The notes under the pieces are model-generated. The model saw only the letters and a list, made by a program, of their open reading frames with translations, did not search any database and was not told the origin of the DNA. A program made the translations under genes and the position numbers. 64,000 nt of DNA from Lytechinus pictus (Eukaryota), in contig NC_087251.1 in the NCBI RefSeq assembly GCF_037042905.1, positions 37,078,001 to 37,142,000 of the forward strand, in the 5' to 3' direction. Positions 43,801 to 54,251 of this stretch are shown one piece after another (the stretch's first letter is position 1; each line of letters begins with the position of its first letter).

Positions 43801-46049
43801 TCCAGGGAGTTTGAATTTTCGACCCCCTCGCCCCACCCGCGACATGGAAAATTGGCCAAATTTGAGCAAAATAATATTTGTTCAATATTTCCCCCGAAAC
43901 CCCCCCAAATCAGCCGTCTTCGCTCCCTGGGATGTTTTAGCATCCTAACCGATTATTATAGCGAGAATCAAGAGGATCCAGGGAGTTTGAATTTTCGACC
44001 CCCTCGCCCCACCCGCGACATGGAAAATTGTGCAAAATTGGCCAAAATTGAGCAAAATAATATTTGTTCAATATTTCCCCCGAAACCCCCCCAAATCAGC
44101 CGTCTTCGCTCCCTGGGATGTTTTAGCATCCTAACCGATTATTACAGCGAGAATCAAGAGAATCAAGAGGATCCAGGGAGTTTGAATTTTCGACCCCCTC
44201 GCCCCACCCGCGACATGGAAAATTGGGCAAAATTGGCCAAAATTGAGCAAAATAATAATTGTTCAATATTTCCCCCGAAACCCCCCCCCAAATCAGCCGT
44301 CTTTGCTCCCTGGGATGTTCTAGCATCCTAACCGATTATTACAGCGAGAATCAAGAGGATCCAGAGAGTTTGAATTTTTGACCCCCTCGCCCCACCCGCG
44401 ACATGGAAAATTGGGCAAAATTGAGCAAAATAATATTTGTTCAATATTTCCCCCGAAACCCCCCCAAATCAGCCGTCTTCGCTCCCTGGAATGTTTTAGC
44501 ATCCTAACCGATTATTACATCAAGAATCAAGAGGATCCAGGGAGTTTGAATTTTCGACCCCATTGCCCCACCCGCGACATGGAAAATTGGGCAAAATTGG
44601 CCAAAATTGAGCAAAATAATATTTGTTCAATATTTCCCCCGAAACCCCCCCATATCAGCCGTCTTCACTCCCTGGGATGTTTCAGCATCCTAACCGATTA
44701 TTACAGCAAGAATCAAGAGGATCCAGGGAGTTTGAATTTTCAACCCCCTCACCCCACCCGGAACAAGGAAAATTGGGCAAAATAGAGCAAAATAATATTG
44801 GTTCAAATATTTCCCCCGAAACCCCCCCAAATCAGCCGTCTTCGCTCCCTGGGATGTTTTAGCATCCTAACCGACTATTACAGCGAGAATCAAGAGGATC
44901 CAGGGAGTTTGAATTTTCGACCCCCTCGCCCCACCCGCGACATGGAAAATTGGCCAAAATTGGCCAAATTTGAGCAAAATAATATTTGTTCAATATTTCC
45001 CCCGAAACCCCCCCAAATCAGCCGTCTTCGCTCCCTGGGATGTTTTAGCATCCTAACCGATTATTATAGCGAGAATCAAGAAGATCCAGGGAGTTTGAAT
45101 TTTTGACCCCCTCGCCCCATCTGCGACATGGAAAATTGGGCAAAATTGGCCAAAATTGAGAAAAATAATTTTTGTTTAATATTGCCCCCGAAACCCCCCC
45201 AAATCAGCCGTCTTCGCTCCCTGGGATGTTTTACATGTAGGTTTTATAGGAAAGAAAATTGTAGGCCCTATAATTCTATATACAAAACATAGGGATTTTC
45301 TTCACTTCAAATTGCCAAGTTTTTTTTCTAAAAACATTACCCCTTTAATAATTGATCTAAAAATCCTCTTTACAGTAAATAGGTAAAAGAAATAGAATAC
45401 AGTATGACAAATTCTTCATAACAGTCACCAAGAGAATTTCAATTATCATGGTTATTTTTATCCACAGATCAGAAACCAAATCCTGTAGTTACCGGTAATG
45501 GAAATGCTTTTTCTCCATAGAAAAGGCATTTGATAAGGTATTTAACCTGTCAAACAAATCAAAGTACTAAAATGTGTGCTACATCCTCAGAAGTGTATTA
45601 AACTTATCAAACAGTTAGCTTGTCTACAGGGCAGCGGCCAGCTCTCAGAGAATACATTCAAATCAAAAAACACAAAAGAGGATACATAAATCTATTTTTT
45701 GTTGACTGCCTGTTCAACTTATTGTTTTTGTTAAAAATTGGAAGAGCCTAAAATATCCATCAAAGAGGTACGTTAATATCTATATTAGATATTAACATAC
45801 AATATAGTCATCAGTCTTATCAGACAGTGTTTGACTTAATTAATTCAGTGTGTTTTTTTTTCCTTTTATTCCCCTTCTTTCCCTTCCTGTTCAGTAGTCT
45901 CCAGTCTTCGTTAGCACAGAGGGTGACCCAGGATTTTCTGAATTATATTATCACCTTTATTACACACAAACCACTTCGGGGTTTTTTTTTAACAAAGAGG
46001 GACCCCCACTCACTTCTAGGGTCTTATACTTTACATGTTATTGTAGTGC

Positions 46050-47095
46050 ACATCTACCAACTGATACATCTTGACTAGATCTAGGCCTCTACCCCTGGCA
46101 ATAGAAAACAGTATTATAATATATTAGAGCTACACTACCCTATTCCATAGCTCTATCATAAACCCAGGGGGCTCCACCACCGAAGCGAAGGCAGCGGAGG
46201 CCCCATCTCCCGAAGGTCTAAGTTAGAACCTACAGTAGTACATGTACTGGATTCTATTTGAATTTTAATGTCAGAGTTAAAAAGTCAGGTTTAAGATAAG
46301 ACATAGAAGAGATCTAGAGTAACATTTGTGGTTCTAGTAGATCTATAATGTTAGCTTACTAATGATGTAAAGACAGTTTCAATCTTGGGCCCTAGAATAG
46401 ACTAATTACAAGCGATTGCTCGTATTGCCTGAGCTAGATATCTATCCTAGATCTCTTGTATTGCTAAACTAGATTAGGTCCCGCATTAGGTCTCGATTTT
46501 GATCTATAAAGCATGAATGGAAGGAGCCCCAGCCAGACCCAGTCCAGGGGCAGGGCTGCACCACCCCATTCCCTGGCCAGGACCAAGGTCCAAACCGGGG
46601 TAGGCCTAGACTAAAGTAGTAATGGTAGGGCCAGCTCAGCTCATCCAAAATTTCTTAGATCAACAAGACAACAGTTAGATCTAGACTAAGTCTAAATTAG
46701 ACGCTAAGTCCTAGATAGAAAACTATCTACTGTAAATCTAGACTAGGAGTTAAAAGGGGCCAAGCAAGTACTTGCTAGGGCCTGGCCCTGCATGGCCATG
46801 CCTATTTCATGCTTTTTTTTAAATCTCCGAACAGTTACATAGATAGGCTCAGCCCAACTTATTTAGGCCTGTGCTAGGCCCTAACTTCCGGCTAGGCCTA
46901 GAAATAGTCGAGGGCCTGGCTCTAACGGTCAGTGAGTGATAGAGTACTATAGACTCTACTCTCTACTCTAGTAAAGAGAGGGTCTAACAGTTAGTCTAAT
47001 CTAGACTAGGCCTAACGTTGGAACTTAGATCTAGGCTATTAGTATTAGAATTTTCCAGGAAGGGAAGGGGTGCTCCTACGGCCGGGCCTAAGTAA
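46050..47095. other. Non-coding spacer segment enriched in short palindromes (CTAG, TAGATCTA, TAGGCCTA, GGGCCC)
   Basis: Many occurrences are visible by eye, e.g. GACTAGATCTAGGCCT ~46073, AGATCTAGAG ~46310, TAGATCTAGACTAAG ~46676, CTAGGCCTAG ~46892, TAGATCTAGG ~47026. No tandem periodicity and no long ORF. Confidence 0.6.
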
Positions 47096-47200
47096 CATCG
47101 TTAGGTTTAAACTCAATGAAAATGTCCTGAAGGTTAATTAAAACTTTTTTCTGTCAGTGTTGATTCCATGCATTAAGCCATTATTTGCCGGAGTAGAGTC

Positions 47201-47251
47201 AGCCAACAATAAGCTAGCCAACAGCAAGCCAGCCAACAGTTCCAGCCAACA
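47201..47251 (+). repeat. Short direct repeat AGCCAACA x4 (13-15 bp spacing)
   Basis: AGCCAACA at 47201, 47216, 47231 and 47244. Confidence 0.8.
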
Positions 47252-48219
47252 ATATCGCGATGTAAGATAGATCAGATACAGGATTTTGCGCACGAAGAGA
47301 AGCGTGCATTCTTGTACAAATCAAACAAACGGGGTCAGGTGGGGTTTCCCTTCTTTCAATTTGTAAAGAAAAACAACGGGCTAGTGCTTTAGTTTTAGTA
47401 GCCCACACCCCTATATACTCTATGTGTTTTCGTATATTGAGGAGTAAATTTCAACTAAAAGTCCTCTTTATAAAATACAATTGGAAGATTGCTCCTGAAA
47501 TATATTTTGGGTGTGTGGAGGGGGGTTTCCCTTCTTTCAATTTGTAAAGAAAAACAACGGGCTGGTGCTTTAGTTTTAGTAGCCCACACCCCTATATACT
47601 CTAGGTTTTTTCGTGTATTGAGGAGTAAATTTCAACTAAACGTCCTCTCTATAAAACACAATTGGAAGATTGCTCCTGAAATATATTTTTGGTGTGTGGA
47701 GGGGGGTTTCCCTTCTTTCAATTTGTAAAGAAAAACAAGGGGCTAGTGCCTTCGTTTTAGTAGCCCACACTCATATACATTCCTATATATTCCACGTTTT
47801 TATATATATTGAGGAATAAATTTGAACTAAAAGTCCTCTTTATAAAATACAATTGGAAGATTGCTCCTGAAATATATTTTGGGTGTGTGGAGGGGGGTTT
47901 CCCTTCTTTCAATTTGTAAAGAAAAACAACGGGCTGGTGCTTTAGTTTTAGTAGCCCACACCCCTATATACTCTAGGTTTTTTCGTGTATTGAGGAGTAA
48001 ATTTCAACTAAACGTCCTCTCTATAAAACACAATTGGAAGATTGCTCCTGAAATATATTTTTGGTGTGTGGAGGGGGGTTTCCCTTCTTTCAATTTGTAA
48101 AGAAAAACAAGGGGCTAGTGCCTTCGTTTTAGTAGCCCACACTCATATACATTCCAATATATTCCACGTTTTTGTCTCGCCTGCATAGCAGAGCGAGACT
48201 ATAGGCGCCGCTTTTCCGA

Positions 48220-48263
48220 CGGCGGCGGCGGTGGCGGCGGCGGCGGCAACGGCGGCGGCGGCG
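48220..48263 (+). repeat. (GGC)n microsatellite within HINE copy 1 (also at 51097-51140 in copy 2)
   Basis: CGGCGGCGGCGGTGGCGGCGGCGGCGGCAACGGCGGCGGCGGCG. Confidence 0.95.
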
Positions 48264-48299
48264 TCAACATCAAATCTTAACCTATAAGGTTAAGTTTTT

Positions 48300-49200
48300 G
48301 AAATGACATCATAATTTAGAAAGTATATGAACCTAGTTCATGAAACTTGGACATAAGGTTCATCAAGTATTACTAAACATCCTGCCTGAGTTTCAGGTCA
48401 CATGACCAAGGTCAAAGGTCATTTAGGGTCAATGAACTTAGACCATGTTGGGAAAATTATTTTCAAAATCTTAACCGAAGGTTAAGTTTTTGAAATGACA
48501 TCATAACTTAGAAAGTATATGGACCTAGTTCATGAAACTTGGGCATAAGGTTAATCAAGTATTAGTAAACATCCTGGTCGAGTTTCAGGTCACGTGACCA
48601 AGGTCAAAGGTCATTTAGGGTCAATGAACTTTGGTCAAGTTGGGGGTATTTGTTGAATTACTATCATAACTTTGAAAATTTATGGATCTAGTCCATGAAA
48701 CTTGGACATAAGGTTAATCAAGTATTAGTGAATATCCTGCCTGAGTTTCAGGTCACATGACCAAGGTCAAAGGTCATTTAGGGTCAATGAACTTTGGCCA
48801 AGTTGGGGGTATTTGTTGAATTACCATCATAACTTTGAAAATTTATGGATTTAGTTCATGAAACTTGGACATTAGGTTAATCAAGTACCACTGAATATCC
48901 TGTGCGAGTTTCAGGTCACATGACCATGGTCAATGGTCATTTAAGGTCAATGAACTTTGGCTGTGTTGGGGGTATATGTTAAATTACCATCCTAGCTCTG
49001 AAAGTTTATGGATCTAGTTCATAAAACTTGGACATAAGAGTAATCAAGTATCACTGAACATCCTGTACGAGTTTCAGGTCACATGACCATGGTCAAAGGT
49101 CATTAAAGGTCAATAAACTTATGCCATGTTGGGGTAATTGTTGAAGTGCCATCATAACTTTGAAAGTTTATGGATAGAGTGAATGAAATGTGGACATGGG
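48300..49200 (+). repeat. 163-bp tandem repeat core of the HINE (~5 units, first unit 192 bp); duplicated at ~51177-52077
   Basis: A CATGAAACTTGG-like anchor occurs at 48339, 48531, 48694, 48857, 49020 and ~49182 (spacings 192, 163, 163, 163, 162). Confidence 0.92.
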
Positions 49201-51050
49201 TGTAGTTGACAGTCTTAAGTCTCCGTTCAAATGTCATTTATGGTCAGTGAACGTGGTATTATGTCATTATATGAATGATGTTTTTGTGAATGATTATTTT
49301 ATAGTAGTTTTTAAAAGTTAGCACTGCTGCTATATTAAATTGCGTAATGCAGGCGAGACTGCCAGAGGCGTTCCACTTGTTACATATATTGAGGAGTAAA
49401 TTTGAACTAAAAGTCCTCTTTATAAAATACAATTGGAAGATTGCTCCTGAAATTTATTTTGGCTGTGTGTAGGGGGGTTTCCCTTCTTTCAATTCGTAAA
49501 TAAACACAACGGACTAGTGCTTTAATTTTAGTAGCCCACACCCCTATATACTCTATGTTTTTTCGTATATTGATGAGTAAATTTCAACTAAAAGTCCTCT
49601 TTATAAAATACAATTGGAAGATTGCTCCTGAAATATATTTTGGGTGTGTGTAGGGGGGTTTCCCTTCTTTCAATTTGTAAAGATAAACAACGGGCTAGTG
49701 CTTTAATTTTAGTAGCCCACACCCCTATATACTCTATGTGTTTTCTTATATTGAGGAGTAAATTTCAACTAAAAGTCCTCTTTATAAAATACAATTGGAA
49801 GATTGCTCCTGAAATATATTTTGGGTGTGTGGAGGGGGGTTTCCATTCTTTCAATTTGTAAAGAAAAACAACGGGCTAGTGCTTTAGTTTTTGTAGCCCA
49901 CACTCATATATATTCCTATATATTCCACGTTTTTATATATATTGAGGAGTAAATTTGAACAAAAAGTCCTCTTTATAAAATACAATTGGAAGATTGCTCC
50001 TGAAATATATTTTGGGTGTGTGTAGGGGGGTTTCCCTTCTTTCAATTTGTAAAGAAAAACAACGGGCTAGTGCTTTAGTTTTAGTAGCCCACACCCCTGT
50101 ATACTCTAGGTTTTTTCGTATATTGAGGAGTAAATTTCAACTAAAAGTCCTCTTTATAAAATACAATTGGAAGATTGCTCCTGAAATATATTTTGGGTGT
50201 GTAGAGGGGGGTTTCCCTTCTTTCAATTTGTAAAGAAAAACAACGGGCTAGTGCTTTAGTTTTAGTAGCCCACACTCATATACATTCCTATATATTCCAC
50301 GTTTTTATATATATTGAGGAGAAAATTTGAACTAAAAGTCCTCTTTATAAAATACAATTGGAAGATTGCTCCTGAAATATATTTTGGGTGTGTGGAGGGG
50401 GGTTTCCCTTCTTTCAACTTGTAAAGAAAAACAAGGGGCTAGTGCCTTCGTTTTAGTAGCCCACACTCATATACATTCCTATATATTCCACGTTTTTATA
50501 TATATTGAGGAATAAATTTGAACTAAAAGTCCTCTTTATAAAATACAATTGGAAGATTGCTCCTGAAATATATTTTGGGTGTGTGTAGGGGGGTTTCCCT
50601 TCTTTCAATTTGTAAAGAAAAACAACGGGCTAGTGCTTTAGTTTTAGTAGCCCACACCCCTATATACTCTATGTTTTTTCGTATATTGAGGAGTAAATTT
50701 CAACTAAAAGTCCTCTTTATAAAATACAATTGGAAGATTGCTCCTGAAATATATTTTGGGTGTGTGTAGGGGGGTTTCCCTTCTTTCAATTTGTAAAGAA
50801 AAACAACGGGCTAGTGCTTTAGTTTTAGTAGCCCACACCCCTATATACTCTATGTTTTTTCGTATATTGAGGAGTAAATTTCAACTAAAAGTCCTCTTTA
50901 TAAAATACAATTGGAAGATTGCTCCTGAAATATATTTTGGGTGTGTGTAGGGGGGTTTCCCTTCTTTCAATTTGTAAAGAAAAACAAGGGGCTAGTGCCT
51001 TCGTTTTAGTAGCCCACACTCATATACATTCCAATATATTCCACGTTTTT

Positions 51051-52257
51051 GTCTCGCCTGCATAGCAGAGCGAGACTATAGGCGCCGCTTTTCCGACGGC
51101 GGCGGCGGTGGCGGCGGCGGCGGCAACGGCGGCGGCGGCGTCAACATCAAATCTTAACCTATAAGGTTAAGTTTTTGAAATGACATCATAATTTAGAAAG
51201 TATATGAACCTAGTTCATGAAACTTGGACATAAGGTTCATCAAGTATTACTAAACATCCTGCCTGAGTTTCAGGTCACATGACCAAGGTCAAAGGTCATT
51301 TAGGGTCAATGAACTTAGACCATGTTGGGAAAATTATTTTCAAAATCTTAACCGAAGGTTAAGTTTTTGAAATGACATCATAACTTAGAAAGTATATGGA
51401 CCTAGTTCATGAAACTTGGGCATAAGGTTAATCAAGTATTAGTAAACATCCTGGTCGAGTTTCAGGTCACGTGACCAAGGTCAAAGGTCATTTAGGGTCA
51501 ATGAACTTTGGTCAAGTTGGGGGTATTTGTTGAATTACTATCATAACTTTGAAAATTTATGGATCTAGTCCATGAAACTTGGACATAAGGTTAATCAAGT
51601 ATTAGTGAATATCCTGCCTGAGTTTCAGGTCACATGACCAAGGTCAAAGGTCATTTAGGGTCAATGAACTTTGGCCAAGTTGGGGGTATTTGTTGAATTA
51701 CCATCATAACTTTGAAAATTTATGGATTTAGTTCATGAAACTTGGACATTAGGTTAATCAAGTACCACTGAATATCCTGTGCGAGTTTCAGGTCACATGA
51801 CCATGGTCAATGGTCATTTAAGGTCAATGAACTTTGGCTGTGTTGGGGGTATATGTTAAATTACCATCCTAGCTCTGAAAGTTTATGGATCTAGTTCATA
51901 AAACTTGGACATAAGAGTAATCAAGTATCACTGAACATCCTGTACGAGTTTCAGGTCACATGACCATGGTCAAAGGTCATTAAAGGTCAATAAACTTATG
52001 CCATGTTGGGGTAATTGTTGAAGTGCCATCATAACTTTGAAAGTTTATGGATAGAGTGAATGAAATGTGGACATGGGTGTAGTTGACAGTCTTAAGTCTC
52101 CGTTCAAATGTCATTTATGGTCAGTGAACGTGGTATTATGTCATTATATGAATGATGTTTTTGTGAATGATTATTTTATAGTAGTTTTTAAAAGTTAGCA
52201 CTGCTGCTATATTAAATTGCGTAATGCAGGCGAGACTGCCAGAGGCGTTCCACTTGT
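51051..52257 (+). mobile_element. HINE / DINE-1-like element, copy 2 (apparently identical to copy 1, offset 2877)
   Basis: Same subterminal inverted repeats (51051-51063; 52224-52236), same length, same insertion point and same flanking SatB variants as copy 1. Confidence 0.85.
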
Positions 52258-54251
52258 TACATATATTGAGGAGTAAATTTGAACTAAAAGTCCTCTTTAT
52301 AAAATACAATTGGAAGATTGCTCCTGAAATTTATTTTGGCTGTGTGTAGGGGGGTTTCCCTTCTTTCAATTCGTAAATAAACACAACGGACTAGTGCTTT
52401 AATTTTAGTAGCCCACACCCCTATATACTCTATGTTTTTTCGTATATTGATGAGTAAATTTCAACTAAAAGTCCTCTTTATAAAATACAATTGGAAGATT
52501 GCTCCTGAAATATATTTTGGGTGTGTGTAGGGGGGTTTCCCTTCTTTCAATTTGTAAAGATAAACAACGGGCTAGTGCTTTAGTTTTTGTAGCCCACACT
52601 CATATACATTCCTATATATTCCACGTTTTTATATATATTGAGGAGTAAATTTGAACAAAAAGTCCTCTTTATAAAATACAATTGGAAGATTGCTCCTGAA
52701 ATATATTTTGGGTGTGTGTAGGGGGGTTTCCCTTCTTTCAATTTGTAAAGAAAAACAACGGGCTAGTGCTTTAGTTTTAGTAGCCCACACCCCTGTATAC
52801 TCTAGGTTTTTTCGTATATTGAGGAGTAAATTTCAACTAAAAGTCCTCTTTATTAAATACAATTGGAAGATTGCTCCTGAAATATATTTTGGGTGTGTAG
52901 AGGGGGGTTTCCCTTCTTTCAATTTGTAAAGAAAAACAACGGGCTAGTGCTTTAGTTTTAGTAGCCCACACTCATATACATTCCTATATATTCCACGTTT
53001 TTATATATATTGAGGAGTAAATTTGAACTAAAAGTCCTCTTTATAAAATACAATTGGAAGATTGCTCCTGAAATATATTTTGGGTGTGTGGAGGGGGGTT
53101 TCCCTTCTTTCAACTTGTAAAGAAAAACAAGGGGCTAGTGCCTTCGTTTTAGTAGCCCACACTCATATACATTCCTATATATTCCACGTTTTTATATATA
53201 TTGAGGAATAAATTTGAACTAAAAGTCCTCTTTATAAAATACAATTGGAAGATTGCTCCTGAAATATATTTTGGGTGTGTGTAGGGGGGTTTCCCTTCTT
53301 TCAATTTGTAAAGAAAAACAACGGGCTAGTGCTTTAGTTTTAGTAGCCCACACCCCTGTATACTCTAGGTTTTTTCGTATATTGAGGAGTAAATTTCAAC
53401 TAAAAGTCCTCTTTATTAAATACAATTGGAAGATTGCTCCTGAAATATATTTTGGGTGTGTAGAGGGGGGTTTCCCTTCTTTCAATTTGTAAAGAAAAAC
53501 AACGGGCTAGTGCTTTAGTTTTAGTAGCCCACACTCATATACATTCCTATATATTCCACGTTTTTATATATATTGAGGAGTAAATTTGAACTAAAAGTCC
53601 TCTTTATAAAATACAATTGGAAGATTGCTCCTGAAATATATTTTGGGTGTGTGGAGGGGGGTTTTCCTTCTTTCAATTTGTAAAGAAAAACAACGGGCTA
53701 GTGCTTTAGTTTTAGTAGCCCTTACCCCTATATACTCCAGTTTTAAGAATATTGAGGAGTATGTAAAAAAAAAGTTCCTGATAAATGAAGAGAGCTATCG
53801 TATTTTTGAAGGGGGTGACCCTTTTTATTCAATTTTACAGTGCGTATCAATAAAAACGGGACAGTTATGAAACGTCTATCAAAATACCCTTTTGAATTAT
53901 GATGTCTATATTTTGATGTTCATAGATGCTCTGAAATCTTATCGATCAAATTCAAAATGTTTTTTTTTTTTAATTTGTTCATGCTTGAGTGCACACGAGA
54001 TGGTTTTGTCGGGGGTTCAAATATAGGATTGCGCTAAGTGGTAGGAAATGAAGTGTATGGTTATAAGACTTCTTGCCAATCAGCAGATTATTTTTGCCAT
54101 AGTTTTCAGATTTTGGTCGCAAATGTCACGTACAAAGCTGTATATTTATTTTACTTTTTCATTTCAATAAATTATTTTTTTAGCAATGAATATTCTTTCA
54201 TACTAACATTTTTTGTCAACCAAGAATGACCCAATTTGTAATTAGGAATTT

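Larger units (their letters stand above)
1..45233 (+). repeat. Satellite A: tandem array of 186-bp monomers (195-bp and 176-bp variants), runs off the left edge of the window
   Basis: Consensus ATGGAAAATTGGGCAAAATTGGCCAAAATTGAGCAAAATAATATTTGTTCAATATTTCCCCCGAAACCCCCCCAAATCAGCCGTCTTCGCTCCCTGGGATGTTTTAGCATCCTAACCGATTATTACAGCGAGAATCAAGAGGATCCAGGGAGTTTGAATTTTCGACCCCCTCGCCCCACCCGCGAC repeats uninterrupted. The 62-aa repeat in the ORF track equals 186 bp. The 195-bp form has GAGAATCAA duplicated; the 176-bp form lacks one 10-bp TTGGCCAAAA unit. The array ends abruptly at GGGATGTTTTA (45233). Confidence 0.99.
48174..49380 (+). mobile_element. Non-autonomous Helentron-associated element (HINE / DINE-1-like), copy 1
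   Basis: 13-bp subterminal inverted repeats GTCTCGCCTGCAT (48174-48186) and ATGCAGGCGAGAC (49347-49359). 5' hairpin GTCTCGC..GCGAGAC (48174-48199). (GGC)n microsatellite and a tandem-repeat core. 3' GCC-AGA-GGC hairpin, then TTCCACTTGT. Inserted in the T-run of a SatB 191-bp monomer (empty site CCACGTTTTTATATATATTGAGG) with no distinct TSD. This matches the established HINE/DINE-1 architecture. Confidence 0.85.
47341..53837 (+). repeat. Satellite B, + orientation: 181- and 191-bp monomers, often as a 372-bp dimer, interrupted by two HINE copies
   Basis: Unit GGGGTTTCCCTTCTTTCAATTTGTAAAGAAAAACAACGGGCTAGTGCTTTAGTTTTAGTAGCCCACAC...GAGGAGTAAATTTCAACTAAAAGTCCTCTTTATAAAATACAATTGGAAGATTGCTCCTGAAATATATTTTGGGTGTGTG. 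ORF offsets are 181 (50557/50738) and 372 (47489/47861, 49622/49994, 53253/53625). The array degenerates after ~53750. Confidence 0.97.

Noticed and set aside
16..45106. Long + strand ORFs (up to 747 aa) of MENWAKLAKIEQNNICSIFPPKPPQ repeats as a repeat-protein gene
   Set aside because: They are translations of the satellite monomer. Frameshifts and stops are copied within HORs, there is no unique N- or C-terminal domain, and there is no synonymous bias.
1..45233. Tandem 5S rRNA, tRNA or snRNA gene array
   Set aside because: I could not recognise a 5S, tRNA or snRNA sequence or Pol III A/B/C boxes in either monomer. An Rfam/Infernal scan would be the definitive test.
45450..45775. Splice-like signals (TTTTTATCCACAG, TTTTTCTCCATAG, AG|GTACGT) suggesting small exons
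   Set aside because: The implied intron of ~26 nt is too short, there is no coherent reading frame, and such motifs are expected by chance in AT-rich DNA. RNA-seq would be needed.
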